This document shows, piece by piece, positions 1-15,100 of a stretch of DNA of 64,000 nucleotides. The stretch lies in assembly GCF_006345805.1 (NCBI RefSeq), contig NC_043003.1:23188001-23252000 (forward strand), written 5' to 3'. The position numbers and the translations under genes were made by a program. The notes below the pieces were generated by a model. The model did not search any database, was not told the DNA's origin, and worked only from the letters and a program-made list of their open reading frames with translations. Position 1 is the stretch's first letter, and every line of letters starts with the position of its first letter. Source of the DNA: Octopus sinensis (taxonomy: Eukaryota).

Positions 1-789
1 GTCAAGCTTGTAATTCTATACATTATAGAATACATTTTGTTTATTGAACATTACGTTATTGGCGCATTACGGGTATTTCATTTCATTAATGTAATGTGCG
101 AGAGCTCTTACCTAGAGGATATTTCAGGTAACACTTTGAACAATTACAAAATCTTCTGTACAATTTGAGTGCGAACATAACGAAAATGTTGCATGATAGT
201 GATATGTATAGTTCTATTCTTTTCGAAGTCTACATCAAGGACTGTATACCACCTTTAAGTATCCACAAATATTTTACTTAGAAATATACAAATGTCAGAG
301 GCTAAAGTAAATTCAATAGTCCAATTTGCGTACTTAACACTTTGTTAGCGGCGATTTTGCACATTGAATTACTGATGTGTTGGCAGTGCTTTTCGTTTCA
401 TTATTATAATGTGCTATAAAGCATATTTAAAGGTTCTTAGGAAATACTGGTTCTATAGCCAACGCTGTCAAGAATTCGTCTATACAATTAGTAGAATTAA
501 AACTAATGTGATTGTGGATGTTTAATGGCGGTACACAGCTGGTGATGAAAATTCCAAAAGCAAACGAAAATTGCATACATCTGTTCCCCTCTTTTATACA
601 CAGACACCTTTCTTATAACTGAATTCTCTACAGTAGACGTAACTCTCAGTGTTGGTTGAAAGAACACTAAAGACATATTCAATAGTACGTTATAAAATAT
701 TTTGCTTATGACAGTTTGGCTTCGATATATAAAAGTTTGAACAAGAGTTTTGATTAAATAATTACATACATATATACATATATACATAA

Positions 790-1530
790 GAAATAAGAAT
801 AAGAACCCACAATATGGTAGAAGCCATAGCCACTCATAATAGAAAGGAATACAGGTGGAATGTACTTCAATAAAAGTGGAGACTTCAATAAGATGTAAGC
901 ACAATAGACCTGACATAATGTTTTGTGATAGAGAAGAGAAACTATGTACAGCAGTGGAAATCACCTGCCCAGTGGATGTTAACATAAAGCTGAAGATCAG
1001 TGAAAAAGAGAACATCTATGCTGAACTATTGAGAAATCTGCAGTTACTCTATCCAGATTACAAGTTATGTTTTATAGCTGTAATTATTGGGGCACTGGGA
1101 TATGTAACACACTGCCTAAATAGCAATTTTGAGAATTCAGGCTTCTCAAAACCAGAAAGGAGAAAGCTGATGCGAAAACTACAGATCCGATCCATCACTG
1201 GAACTGTAAAAGTCTGTAAAACTTTCCAGAAGTTTATAATTTAAGTGCATATAGCATGTGTAGATATGCAAGTATATGAATGAAAAGACAAACAAGCATA
1301 CAAATCTGCACTTATACATACATACATACATATATACATACATACATACATACATACATACATACATACATACATACATACAAACATACATACATACATT
1401 CATACACACATACATACATACTTCATACATACACTGTTGATGTTGAAATTCCAGTGAAGGAGCCTTGGGACTAGGTTTGAAACCGGTTCTTTCTGTATTG
1501 GCAAGAAATCTTGAAATATAACTGAATAAC
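790..1530 (+). mobile_element. 5'-truncated RLE-type non-LTR retrotransposon (endonuclease C-terminus plus 3' UTR) embedded in (CATA)n
   Basis: ORF 855..1244 reads KHNRPDIMFCD...AVEITCP...KENIY...VIIGALG, a PD-(D/E)xK restriction-like endonuclease. The 3' tail actgttgatgttgaaattcc...ggcaagaaatcttgaaat...aataa recurs at about 22400-22510. Confidence 0.8.
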
Positions 1531-1584
1531 ACTTACTTACATATATGTATTCATGCATATATAGAAAAGTGCATCTTCATAGAG

Positions 1585-1830
1585 GCAAGCTGCCCTGCTG
1601 ATACGAATATCTCTTCAAAACTCAAAGAGAAAGATGATAACGTCAGACAGCTACTTCGAGACCTTGAGCTTCTACAGTATATCTAGATTATAATTTCACA
1701 TTTACACCAATAATAACTGGTGCACTTGATTTTTTGAGTGAACGCTTAAGCGACAATCTTGATAAGCTAAGGTTTTCAGTTAAGTAATTAACCAGATAGT
1801 TCGCATATTACAAATAAAATTTTTAAGTGG
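1585..1830 (+). mobile_element. Second, more decayed RLE C-terminal fragment of a related family
   Basis: Translates across frameshifts to SCPADTNISSKLKEKDD...LLRDLELL...PIITGAL, paralleling the 855..1244 ORF. Confidence 0.6.
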
Positions 1831-2054
1831 AACAGTAATAGTATACAAGACATTTATCTATTTTAAAATGTGAATTTGCTTTTGTTATCAACATTCCCAG
1901 GAAATCCTCTATATATGCGTTAGAAACTAGCTCCTTCTTTACAAGAAGATTTCGGATATTTGGGAACAGAGAACGCCCGCCCACGTCCACACACATACGT
2001 ACATACGTACGTGCATATATACATAAATGTGTACATACATACACAGTTTTATAA

Positions 2055-2083
<29 letters not shown>

Positions 2084-2086
<3 letters not shown>

Positions 2087-4020
2087 ACTTAGATAAACTT
2101 AGATATGTTTCGACCAAAGATTGGTCCAGGCCATGTCTAACTTAATAGCACCACCTGATAGGATTATTCGAATCCTGTTTAAGTCAAGTTTTGTTCAAGT
2201 AGTGAGTTCTTGTTGGGTGAGTTGTATCCAATTATGGGTGGCTTATCTGGTAGTCTTTGAAGGAATCTATCCAGACTCTGTTTAAAGTTGATGGGATCCT
2301 TTTCCTCTTTGATCTCCCTCGGGACAATGTTAAATAGGGCAGGGCCTGTTGAGGAAAAGAAATTATGTTGCAGTGTACATGTATGTTGTGATCTTGAATT
2401 GGGCAGGGGACGTATAGCCCGTGGTCCAGTCTTGGATGAACCTTGAAGCTAATGTTTAGGTCGTTTGGGCAAAGTTGGCGGTATATTTTCCACATCGTAC
2501 AAATGATGTACCGCTCACGGCGACGCTGGAGGGAGTAAAGTTTCAAGGCTTTAAGGCGATCCCAATAATCGAGAGCAGCCATGCCTTCAATTTGTTTAGT
2601 GAGAGCCCTCTGGGGTGACTCAATTCTGGAGATGTTTTGTCTTGTGTGAGGAGACCACAGTGGGCAGCAGTATTCAAGGTGTTGCCGTACAAAGGAGGAA
2701 AAAAGTGGTATGATGACACCTTGTTCTCTGGACCGGAAAGTTCTTAAGATACAGGACCTCATCCTACGAGCTATATCGACCTTCTTGTTGATGTGTGCAC
2801 TCCAACTGAGATCGTCATCAATAATTACACCCAGGTCTCTGATATTGTTAGAGGCTGTGAGCGGTTCCCCTGAAGGAAGAGAGTATGGTTGTTTTAGTGA
2901 GGAATTTCTTCCAAAATGCATAGGCTCAAATTTTCCCTCATTCAGTTGCATTTTCTTTCTGTCTGCCCATTGACTCACAGCATATAGATCAGACTGGAGT
3001 TGAGTTCGGTCTGCTTCTTCATTGACGATTTGCTGGAGCTTAGTGTCATCAGCGAATATTTTCACTTTGCAGTAATGTACGACGACACTGGAAAGGTCGT
3101 TTACGTAAATTATGAAGAGTAACGGACCCAAAACAGTTCCCTGGGGACACCGCTGGTGACTTTTGCTGGGTTTGAGTGGACTCCATCAACTACAACATGT
3201 GTTCTATTCGCCAGGAAATACTTAATCCAGTGTAGAACTTTTCCACGGATTCCAACATTTGCCAGTTTTGAGAGTAGGATGTTATGGTCTACCCTGTCGA
3301 AACGCTTACTGAAGTCAAGATATATGACGTCAGAGTTCGAACCTGTTCCCAAGGCTTTGAGTACATCTTCAATGTGGTGTAAGAGCTGTGTTAGACAGTC
3401 CCTGCCACAGCGAAAGCCATGCTGATTTGAATTTAGGAGTTTGTGGGTCTCCGGGAATTCAGCTATCCTTGATCTTAACACTCTTTCAAACACTTTAATT
3501 TAATGATGTGGGAGGTGAGTGAGATTGGGCGATAGTTGACTGCGAGGGATCTGTTTCCCTGTTTGAAAACCGGGATGACCGACTGGGATAGAAACTGTTT
3601 CGGTATATAACCTGCGTCTAACGAATTTCTCCAGAGTTGGTCAGAGAGACTGCAAGTTGATATCTACATTCCTTCAGGAGACTAGCGGGAAATCTATCAG
3701 GGCCTACAGCAGAGTAATGTTTGACCTCATTTATTGCTGCTACGATTTCGGTGGCAGTGAAGGTTATGTCTGAGATTTTGGTTTGGAGTCAACTTCGTTC
3801 GTTTCCCTCACGTCAATATCAGTGGGAACACTAAAGACAGAGCAGTATTGTTTGTGCAGTATTTCTGCCATTTCTTTAGCATCGTGTTGGGGAATGCCGT
3901 TATCATCAATCAATGGCCCAATGGGTGAGACAGTGGTTCTATGCTTATTTGCATAAGAATAGAACACTTTTGGATTCTGTTTGATGTTTTTGATTACCCA
4001 TTGTTCCTCCACAGCTCCAA
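2084..4020 (-). mobile_element. CR1-group LINE, 5'-truncated, ORF2 with frameshifts (linker, RT, C-terminus, 3' UTR)
   Basis: ORFs 3764..4042 (KNIKQNPKVFYSY), 3110..3493 (NQHGFR...YLDFSKRFDRVDH...SGVP) and 2232..3131 (GPLLFIIYVNDL...FADDTKL...DLGVIID...HLEYCCPLWSP). The 3' end has two tandem copies of a 10-mer (taaacttaga on +, 2084-2103). Confidence 0.9.
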
Positions 4021-4052
4021 ACATATATATACATATATACATGCTAATTTAT

Positions 4053-4117
<65 letters not shown>

Positions 4118-4535
4118 TATATGAATCAAAATTAATCAAAGGACATACTAAGTATGTCTACCTGCTGGAAATAATAGTCAAAGCCCTTATTTAAATCGCT
4201 AAAAAACACTCACGATAAGTACAAAAATCAACTGTGAATTATTTTTTGTCGTGAATTATTTGCTCCATATATATATATGCCTTTTACATACATACATGCA
4301 TAAATACATACATACATACATACATACATTCATACATATATACATACATACACACATGTATACATACACATATATATACATGCATATATACATACATATA
4401 CATATACATACAGACATACATGCATACATATATACATACATACATATATGTATGTATGTATATATGTATGTACATATATATATATATATGTATGTATGTA
4501 TGTATGTATATATGTATGTATGTATGTATGTATGT
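4021..4535. repeat. Compound (TA)n/(CA)n/(TACA)n microsatellite tract
   Basis: Directly visible. Similar tracts occur at 9350-9600, 11830-11956, 43060-43500, 52880-53130, 59640-59800 and 61800-61930. Confidence 0.95.
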
Positions 4536-5367
4536 AAAAGGCAGATGTATTGCTATCGAATCAGTAAGCATTGTTAGATGTATACTCGTTATTTAATCAA
4601 GGTGTCAAGTCAACTCTATATTCTATAAGTCTATTAATGATAACGGAATATGATAAAATGTGGGAGCCTTGGGAATGCAAATGGGAAATGAAAAAAAAAA
4701 AGGTATGTATACGAAGATGCAATGCAACCCGATGAGATAAAGCAATTATAAAAGATTAGAGAATGAGAATTTGAATGAGGAATATTGCGGTGCTGAGTAG
4801 ATAAGTAGTTAAGAAGATTATATAGTATTATATCTTGAGAAAAATTTAGTATCCTAAAATATATATATATAAAGAAATGCCATTATTAAGAAGCTCCTGA
4901 AATTTCCAGAGTATTTACTGAAGGACTTAGTTAAGATATTTATTCGAAATAACGAATATCAAATTAAGAAAACCTGGAATGTAGCTAAAAAGGAAATTAG
5001 AGAAAGGTTATATGATAGGTTAATGTATGATATGATTCATGTATGGTGTGTATATATATATATATATATATATATTGCACAGACACATACACATACACAG
5101 ATACACACGCACACACACGCACGCACACACACGCGCACACACATACACACACACATAAACAGACATTTGTTTACATTTGTTGGCTCATCCCATAAATAAT
5201 GCGGTTTTTCAATTACATGAACTAAAGCTCGGAAAGGAACGGAATAAACTACCTGCATCAAATTTCTATAAAATCAGGTAGAAATTTTACCATGTATTTA
5301 TTCTTAGTGCAATGTTTAAAGAGTGCAGTTCTAATTTAGCAGTTACTTTTTCAATCTCAAAGCTATA

Positions 5368-5550
5368 ATGGAATTAACAATGGAGCATATTCCACATATT
5401 TTGCTTTAAGAGTTCAAGAAAGGCAACACAATAACAGAACGTGTTAGGAATATTAATGCAGTATATGAGTATCGGACAATGAGCGTAAGCCAGTGTCAAC
5501 GATGATTCCAGAAATTCCGAGCCGGAAACTACAGCTCAGAAGACGAGCCT
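5368..5550 (+). mobile_element. Mariner transposase N-terminal (HTH) pseudogene fragment
   Basis: MELTMEHIPHILL*EFKKGN...INAVY...SQCQR*FQKFRAGNYSSEDEP matches the mariner N-terminal W/F..KF..G....ED motif; contains stops. Confidence 0.75.
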
Positions 5551-5915
5551 ATTGAATTAAGTGTTTCTTCATACATCTATGCTAGAATTATATGGCTAAA
5601 CGCTGTAATAGGGATACTATATTTTATAAGAAGATAGTATGCATGTTACAAGGAAGCCTTTGCATTGTGGCATCATCTCTTAGGTACCACGGCTAAATTT
5701 CCTTACAATTAAAATATCCAGTATTAAGAATGGAAGGATGTAACTTGAGATGAAGTTGAGGATATGTTGTCTGAAAAATACTTAGAATGCCATGCCCGCA
5801 ATATATATCATCATAAATCTGTTTGACGTAGGAATGAACTGGGGTTAAACAATAATGGTACGTTCCTACTTTGGTGAAGGACCAGATTATTTGTGAGTTC
5901 CTTCAAAATTCATCT

Positions 5916-6215
5916 GTGGAGGCGCGTAGCTTAGTGGTTAGGGTGTTGGACTCACGATCCATTATGGTTTCGATTCCTAGGTCAGCCGATGCGTTTTGTT
6001 CTTGAGCAAAAACACTTCACTTCACGTTGCTCCAGTTGATTCAGCTGTAGAAAATGAGTAGCACTAGTGGGGGGGGGGGGGTCGGTTAGTGGTTAAGGTG
6101 TTGAATTCATAACCGTAATATTGTGGTTTCGATCCTTGGACTAGGCAATCGGTTGCGCTCTCGAGTAGAATATTTCATTTCATGTTGCTATAGTCTACTC
6201 AGCTGTAGAAATGAA
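5916..6215 (+). mobile_element. Two adjacent degenerate tRNA-derived SINE heads
   Basis: A-box (tagcttagtgg) and B-box (ggtttcgattcc) motifs followed by cttgagcaa...cacgttgctccag; the same family occurs at about 20315 and 21055. Confidence 0.7.
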
Positions 6216-7118
6216 TGTAGGCTGGAGAGGGATGACCTCTGCCAGGCTTTCTCGCCCTAGATTCGTTGCATGGCTTCAGCGCCCCAGCGATCCCCAAGGG
6301 GTTAAGGGACCTGTCAGTTGTCACATCCATATATGTTGCGAGACCATGGGCAAAGTTTTGTTTTAGTGTTTGTTGGTAGAAAACGGTAAAGTATCGCTTG
6401 AAGTATGCAGTCCAGAGTACAGTTTCGCAGACGTTGAAAAAATACCTTAAGATTGTTACCCACAGAGCAAATCCTTCTCATCCCTATTTTCTCTTTCCTC
6501 TCTCAATCTTTCGGGCATAAGAGAAAAGCAAGAGTCTAATGGCTTATCATAAACTCAGGCCTACTAACACCATGTTAGTGAAATTTTGTTAGACGGAAAC
6601 TGAGTGGAAACTTACTGAGAAAAAAAAAAAGCGTTTGTGTGACTGAATGGGGAAAGAGCAAAAATGTGATAATTTAACTATTCCCAGCAGAGAATCGAAT
6701 CAATTTTGAGGTTCCTCTCCTTATCAAGAGATAATTCGTAACATTAATCATGTCAAAAAAGTTCCATATTTATATTTAGAAGGAAATGTGCTGCTTTTTA
6801 AAATATTTATTCAAATACAAATATTTTGATGTTGCTGCGTGTTCAGTTTTTAAGCATCGAACAGTAAAGCCGAGTATAGGATGTTAGTCATACGCAGGAC
6901 AATTACGCGCATGATTGTCTCGCAAATTTCACTAAGATATTCGTCAAAGCGAAGTTATACTAGAATATATATGTTTAAATGCAGGATAGGATCGAACTTG
7001 GAACCACATGGTTATGATGCAATCTGAATGACAAAACTGTCATGTCTGAAAAGTGTCTAGATAGCGAAAGTAATAATATTTTTCGCATATAAAATACGAA
7101 AATTATTTTCGAGTTAGA

Positions 7119-7372
7119 TTAACAGTTTCGTGACCATATTGCTAATTAAATGAAATGTTTATATTTCAATAATTTTCAATTAATTTTTAAAATCGATAAT
7201 TCGTCCAGATTTAGTAAAATAACTAAATTTATCATTAATAAGCAGACATTCAGAAAATATCATTAAAAAATTACGATCGAAGATTTTATTCTAAATATAA
7301 ACATATTTGCAAAGAGGTTTTCTGTTTAGACCAATCGATGTCTCTGGTGGGTTGGTATAGAGATGGTTAAAC
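7119..7372. mobile_element. Degenerate piggyBac-like MITE
   Basis: ttaa-cagtttcgtgacc on the left and ggtatagagatgg-ttaa on the right form imperfect TIRs with TTAA flanks; a better-preserved end (ggtaacgaaaggg) lies near 19820. Confidence 0.4.
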
Positions 7373-7647
7373 ACTGTAAACTTATAGATGTTGAGCTAAC
7401 AATGCATAAATAATTAAAAATTATTTACTACACTTGGACGTCGTAAATGTCTGTCATTTTATACAATCTTTCAATGGATAGAAAGAGAATTATGGGCCAC
7501 AACAGTTCAAATCGTTATTGAATGTTTTTTCAGTGACTGAATAGTTCTCTCTGATTGGCCACAATATACAAAGCTACTATTGTATATGCATGTTTATGTA
7601 TGCTTGCATATATGATATGTATATATGTATGTATATTTACACACACA

Positions 7648-7688
<41 letters not shown>

Positions 7689-8229
7689 CAATATACACAC
7701 ACATACATATATACATATATGAATATAACTATGTGTGTATATATGAAGACAGTAGACTGGTAGTTAGGCTGTCGTACTCACGATCGCTAGTCGTGGGGTT
7801 CATTCCCGCTCCGTGTGGTGCGTTCTGCTCTTCTACGTTACTTCTGGCCCCCTTTTGATCAATTGGTAAAATTGGACTGTTCGCCAAGACAGGGTTTTGG
7901 CATTATTCGAAGTCTATAAAACGTTGAAAATGGCGCATTTTCATCAGCGTTGTTCAACATCTGATAACCTGGTCAGTCACGTGAATATGTGATATAATGT
8001 CGTCGGCATTAAATCGTATCCTAGTTGTCAATCTGTAGCGCATAATTTAGCCTCTTCATACTGATGGGTGCGAGGGATGCCGCTGCCTGAGGAGGCTGTT
8101 CAGGGCAAGAGTGGTATAGAAGAGTCAGGGGCATTTATCGCAAGATATTCTTTTCGTCTTCGACGTCAGATCTTTGTCGCTTGATGACTGTTATTTTCTA
8201 TCTTGTCTGTTCTCTTACTGATGACATGC

Positions 8230-9260
8230 CGCCACTTTGTACGGTTCTCGACGATTGAATCTCAGGTCAAATGAGCAGCGGGGGAAATTGTGCTTGAGCT
8301 GGTTTCGAGAATGGAATTCTCCGCAGAGAAAACCACTGTATTTGGTGTTCTGCGTCTTGGAGAAGACCTTCGATAGCATTCAGAGATCTGCAATGTGGAC
8401 CACCTGAGGTGTTTCGGCTACTTTAGTTTCCGACTACTCATCCATGCCTTACACGACAGTCTGGCCAAGTTATCGGCAAGGATGATCTATCCAGTTCCTT
8501 TCCAATTACGACTGGCCAAAATCAAGGATGCACTCTCACTCTCACTTTCTTTTCCCCTACCTCAGTACCGTGATCAATGAGACCAGTGATCTGGTTCCTG
8601 AAATTCGTTACAGAAATTAGCTGAAGATCTTTCAACACCACCCCGTTCAGTGCCCATCGACTTACCACCTTAGCCAAACTACATGAGCTGCAATACACTG
8701 ATGACAATATAAATCCTTCGCACTCTTTTTCCGATCTTCAGGAGACATTGAAGCTTTTCGAAAATTTGTGCATCCACTTTGGTTTGACCACAAACGTAAT
8801 TAAGATAAAGATCCTTGTATAGGGAGCCCCCGGCCAAGGTACTCCTGACATCAGTGACATAAGCTTACGTACCACTGTCCTTGAAATTGCGAAGGCCTTC
8901 CCATACCTCGGAAGCTATGTATCCAGCGATTTAAGAAAGAGATAGCGAATAGGATCAGCACAGACCATAGGACATTCGGAACTCTCAAAACTAGTCTTTC
9001 GAAACCACGGCCTAAACATCCAAAATCATGATATTCCTAGCTGGCGTCCTCTCCTCGTATACAGGTGCGAGACGCGGGTAATGTATCAGTGTGACATGAG
9101 GAAAATACACACACATACACACACACACAGAATAGAGCCCGAGAGTAAGACAAATTACAGCACCGTCGGCTTCCGGCAGCGTATAAAATTCCTTTGGATC
9201 TCTTTTATAATGCTTAGTATATGAGACTTTTTGTAAATCTCCTGGGTGATATTTGGTTAC
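8230..9260 (+). mobile_element. Highly degenerate RTE-clade LINE RT region
   Basis: Frame-hopping translation: KPLYLVF..LEKTFDSI, FPITTGQNQGC, ELQYTDD, FGLTTNVIKIK, FPYLGSYVSSD, EIANRIS, LLVYRCET. Confidence 0.7.
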
Positions 9261-9424
9261 AGCTATAGAACTGTGCGAATATAGCGAAAAAAATGTAGCA
9301 TTATTCACGTGAATCAAAATTTCAAAGTCACTATGACCACATTCTTGGTAATATATATATATATATTATATATATATATATATATAAATATAATATTATA
9401 TAATGCATATATGAATATGTGTGC

Positions 9425-9468
<44 letters not shown>

Positions 9469-9498
9469 TATGTATACATATATATATATGTATGTATA

Positions 9499-9531
<33 letters not shown>

Positions 9532-9789
9532 ATATGTATGTATGATGCATATATATATATAATGAATATATATATGTGTGTATACACACACACACACACA
9601 CATACATTACGGAAACTCGTAAAGTTGATTAAATTTTGTTTGAGATGCTCAAACTCTTTCAGCTTTCAAATTAGTCCGCTGAATCGTTCATCATTCTATA
9701 CGTGTATAGGTAGTATGCATGTATTTACTCATGCATTTTTGTATGCATGTATGTATGAACGTTCTTACGTACGTAGTACGTATGTGTAG

Positions 9790-9834
<45 letters not shown>

Positions 9835-11838
9835 TATATATATATAATATATATATATAAATAAATATTTGTATATATGCACGTATTTATCTCTTTGTTT
9901 GCTTGATTACCTCTCTCTCTCACTCTCCCTTCCACTCTGCAGTTCACTATAGTATTATATATATATATAAATATATATATATATACATACATACACACAT
10001 ATATCTGTGTGTGTTGTGTGTGTGTTTGGTTATCCATCTCATATCGCCTTGTTCGAGTTTTCCTATTTCTGTATTTCTTTATATTTTCTGTTCCTCTTTC
10101 TCAATATATTTTTTACATCGATTTGTTGCCTCGTTATCTTCTCTATGTTATCTCCTCTTCAGATTAGAATCGTTGCGATGTATTAATCACTTCAAATCAT
10201 TCACGTTATTTTATTTCTTGTTTCTCTCACTTTTGCCTATACCTTTGCTATTTTCTTTATCTTCACCCCCTCTCGCCCTCACCTTTCTTTATACTCTCTA
10301 TCTTATTGATTAGCTATTTTCTCATGTACGCTCTCTCTCCCTCACTTTCTCTTTCTGTGTTTCATTTATCAATCTATATATCTCATTCACATGCATTTAT
10401 CAGTCTATATCTCCTACGTTCAAAGAAGTTTCACTTTCATTATCAACCCATCCCGTTCTCCTTTTCTGTCTCTCGCCTTCTACAATCAAAACTGGTTGTT
10501 ACTAGTAATATATTATGAGTGAAAATAATCTTTAGGATTTATATAGAGTCTGTCAACGTGTATCGGCTGGATAGATACTAAGTAAAGATAGCGTTGTATT
10601 TAACATCAATTTTAATTGACATCTTATTTTCGTGAATCTACGTAATGCAAATGTAATCGATTATAAGTTAAGCTTTTGCGAGCTGAATCTTTGAATAAGC
10701 TTCGAGGCCTACTTGTAGCTGTGTTATTTCCTTTTCCCCTTACGTTAATAGATTTATATAATTATTCCAACGCTTGAAGTTAATATACGACTAATTACCC
10801 ATCACGATTAACTTCTATAATTAAAAGTCGAACAAATAATTGTATTTATTGTCTTAAGATAAATAAAATATAATTTTTTTCCCCGATTAACCAGACATTT
10901 AGTGAATATTTGTAATCATTATAATTGTTTGACTGTTATAGAAAAACAGAGAAATCAATAACCTCCATGCCAAACTAATGATATATTCTGATACGAATAT
11001 CCGGACTATAGGTTTTAGATTTATACCTGTAACTATTGGGAAACTTAAATATGTAACTCGCAGGCTCAGAAGTACACCTAAGGTCCTGGGGTTGTACGAA
11101 GATATAAAAATACACTGAATTAATTACGTTAAGGCAGTGGTTCCCAAACGGTGCGGTGGAACAGAATAGCAGGTGAGGCTGAATGATTGAAAGACGACAC
11201 AAAGATTTAGAAACGCCTTCAAAAGATTCATATGACAAAAATAAATATGATCTAAAAATTTAAAAGATTATTGGACTCTTTTTAGATGTACAACCAGAAA
11301 CAATATCCATATGTCTTTGTAAAAGCATTATCTATTCTGCTATAGTACTCCACGACATATTACTCGTGTGTCCCCGTAATTTAGTGGTTCGTCAAAAGAG
11401 ACCCGATAGCATAAATAGCAGGCATTAAAATAAAACAAGAAAAAAGTAAATAAGTTCTGACGACGATTCGTTCAAATAAAACTCATCAAAGCGGTGCTCC
11501 AGCATGACCACGCTCAAATGACTGAAACAAGTAACAGGTAAAAGACGATTCCATATATGTCGCAATAAGCTATACAGATATTAAGTTAATTATTGAATGG
11601 AGGATGTATTACAAAGCATCAGCTTTCAGAACTCCTGGTCGTTTGAAGTGCAACTCTTTTTAAATATTCAACTATACAAATGTAGACCATTAAGTGAATA
11701 GTAACGTATATAAATCGCCACAGAATGTAAGCTTATTGCATGAATGTATACATGCCAAGAGACAAGCAAACATATCTTTATTTACATATATTTTTAGTCA
11801 CATCATACAAATACATATATGAAATGAATTTCTATATA

Positions 11839-13101
<1,263 letters not shown>

Positions 13102-13665
13102 AACACATATATATGTATGTATGTTTGTATATTGCACAGACAGACTCGCTACACACACAAATACACACGCACACGCATAAATTCCAACACCTGTGTTCCT
13201 ATATCCGAGCGAGCGCACATACGCACGCACATTTAACGGAAGAGAGAGCTGGCGATTCAGTGAGACGATGAACGATTGTAAAGTGGAAGAGCTGCTGAAT
13301 GCCGTTGAAAGAGATAGTAAGTGTAAATGACTGTTTGGTTAATAGCTACCGGTGATCGTTAATCGATACATACAAAGATCAGCAGAAAAAAAGGAACAAT
13401 ATATGAATTATTGATAGACTGGATACAATTAATAAGTAACATGTTGAATAATATAATGGATAGTGGAGTTGTTCTTTTTGTTGAAATTGAATGGAAATTC
13501 ACTGCTTTGGATATAACAGTGATGGTTGGGAATATTTTTCAGTATATACGGTTAAGTGTACAAAGAGAAAGAGAAAGAGAGAGGAAGACAAGGAGAGAGA
13601 AAAATAGAGGAAAAGGGTGAGAAAATGTGTGAGAAAAATTGTGAGTGAGAGAGAGTGGGGTGGAA

Positions 13666-13954
13666 GCACTCCGTCGGTTACGACTATGAGGTTTCCGGTT
13701 GATCCGAATCAGCGGAACAGCCTGCTCGTGAACTTAACGTGCACCCTTAACGAAGTTCTCGGGGATATTCACCGTGACACAGAGAGTGACAAGGCCGGCC
13801 CCTTGAAATACAGGTACATCAGAAACAGGAGCCTCGTGGAGCTTTTTAGGTGTTTTCGCTCAATAAACACTCACAATGCCCGGTCTGGGAATCGAAACCG
13901 CGATCCTATGACCGCGAGTCCGCTGCACTAACCACTGGGCCATTGCGCCTTCAC
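13666..13954 (-). mobile_element. tRNA-derived SINE (second copy at 17061-17403)
   Basis: Minus strand begins ...ggcgcaatggcccagtggttagtgcagcggactcgcggtc...ggtttcgattccc; the body is shared with 17061-17403. Confidence 0.8.
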
Positions 13955-14159
13955 AGAGAGAGAATATATATCTTATATTTAATAATTATTTCTATTAAGG
14001 CACAAGCCTGAAATTTTGTACGTGTCAATAAGTCGATTACGTCAACTCCAATGCTCAACAAGTAGTTGTTTTATCAAACTAGGAAGAATAAAAGACAAAA
14101 GCAGAGTAAATATCTCTTTCTACTCTAGTCACAGGGTCCGAAATTTTTTTGGGGAGCGG

Positions 14160-15100
14160 TGCAGTCGATTAGATTGGCTCCAATACGCAACTGGTACTTA
14201 ATTTATCGCCCCCGAAAGGATGAAAGGCAAGGTTGACCTCGGCGGAATTTGAACTCCGAACGTAAAGACAGACGAAATACCCATTTCTTTATTACCCACA
14301 AGGGGCTAAACATATAGAGGACAAACAAGGACAGACATAGGTATTAAGTCGATGACATCGACCCCAGTGCGTAACTCGTACTTAATTTATCGACTCCGAA
14401 AGGATGAAAGGCAAAGTCGATCACGGAGGAAATTGAACACAGAACATAATGAGAGACGAAATACCGCTAAGCATTTCGCCCGACGTACTAACGCTTCTTA
14501 TTTATTTATTGCCCTCAAGGGGCTAAACATAGAAGGGACAAACAAGGACAGACAAAGGGATTAATTCGATTACATCGACCCCAGTGCGTAACTGGTACAT
14601 AATTTATCGGTCCTGAAAGGATGAAAGGAAAAGTCGACCGTGGCGGAATTTGAACCCAGAGCGTAAAGACAGACGAAATACCTATTTTTTTTTACTGCCC
14701 ACAATGGGCTACACACAGAGAGGACAAACAAGAACAGACAAACGGATTAAGTCGATTATATCGACCCCAGTGCGTAAGTGGTTCTTATTTAATCGACCCC
14801 GAAAGGATGAAACGCAAAGTTGACATCGGCGGAATTTGAACTAAGAAGGTAAAGGCAGACGAAATGCCTATTTCTTTACTACCCACAACGGGCTAAGCAC
14901 AGGAGGGACAAAGAAGGACAGACAAACGGATTAAGTCGATTATATCGACCCCAGTGCCTAACTGGTACTTATTTAATCGACCCCGAAAGGATGAAAGCCA
15001 AAGTCGACCTCGGCGGAATTAGAACTCAGAACGTAGCGACAGACGAAATACTGCTGAGCATTTCGCCCGGCGTGCTAACGATTCTGCCAGCTTGCCGCCT
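14160..15100 (-). repeat. Tandem array of about five SINE-body units (Nin/Deu-domain-like)
   Basis: Repeated unit gtcgattatatcgaccccagtgcgtaactggtac...cgaaaggatgaaaggcaaagtcgacctcggcggaatttgaac...cacaaggggctaaacacagaggggacaaacaaggacagacaa; tRNA-like head at the right end. Confidence 0.85.

Noticed and set aside
503-1015. 170-aa minus-strand ORF
   Set aside because: Antisense shadow of the RLE fragment plus AT-rich flank; no domain recognised.
11135-11149. hAT-like TIR cagtggttcccaaac
   Set aside because: No matching opposite TIR or 8-bp TSD found.
14160-15100. CRISPR-like repeat/spacer appearance
   Set aside because: Units are ~180 bp, the intervening segments are also repeated, the sequence is SINE-derived and the context is eukaryotic with no cas genes.
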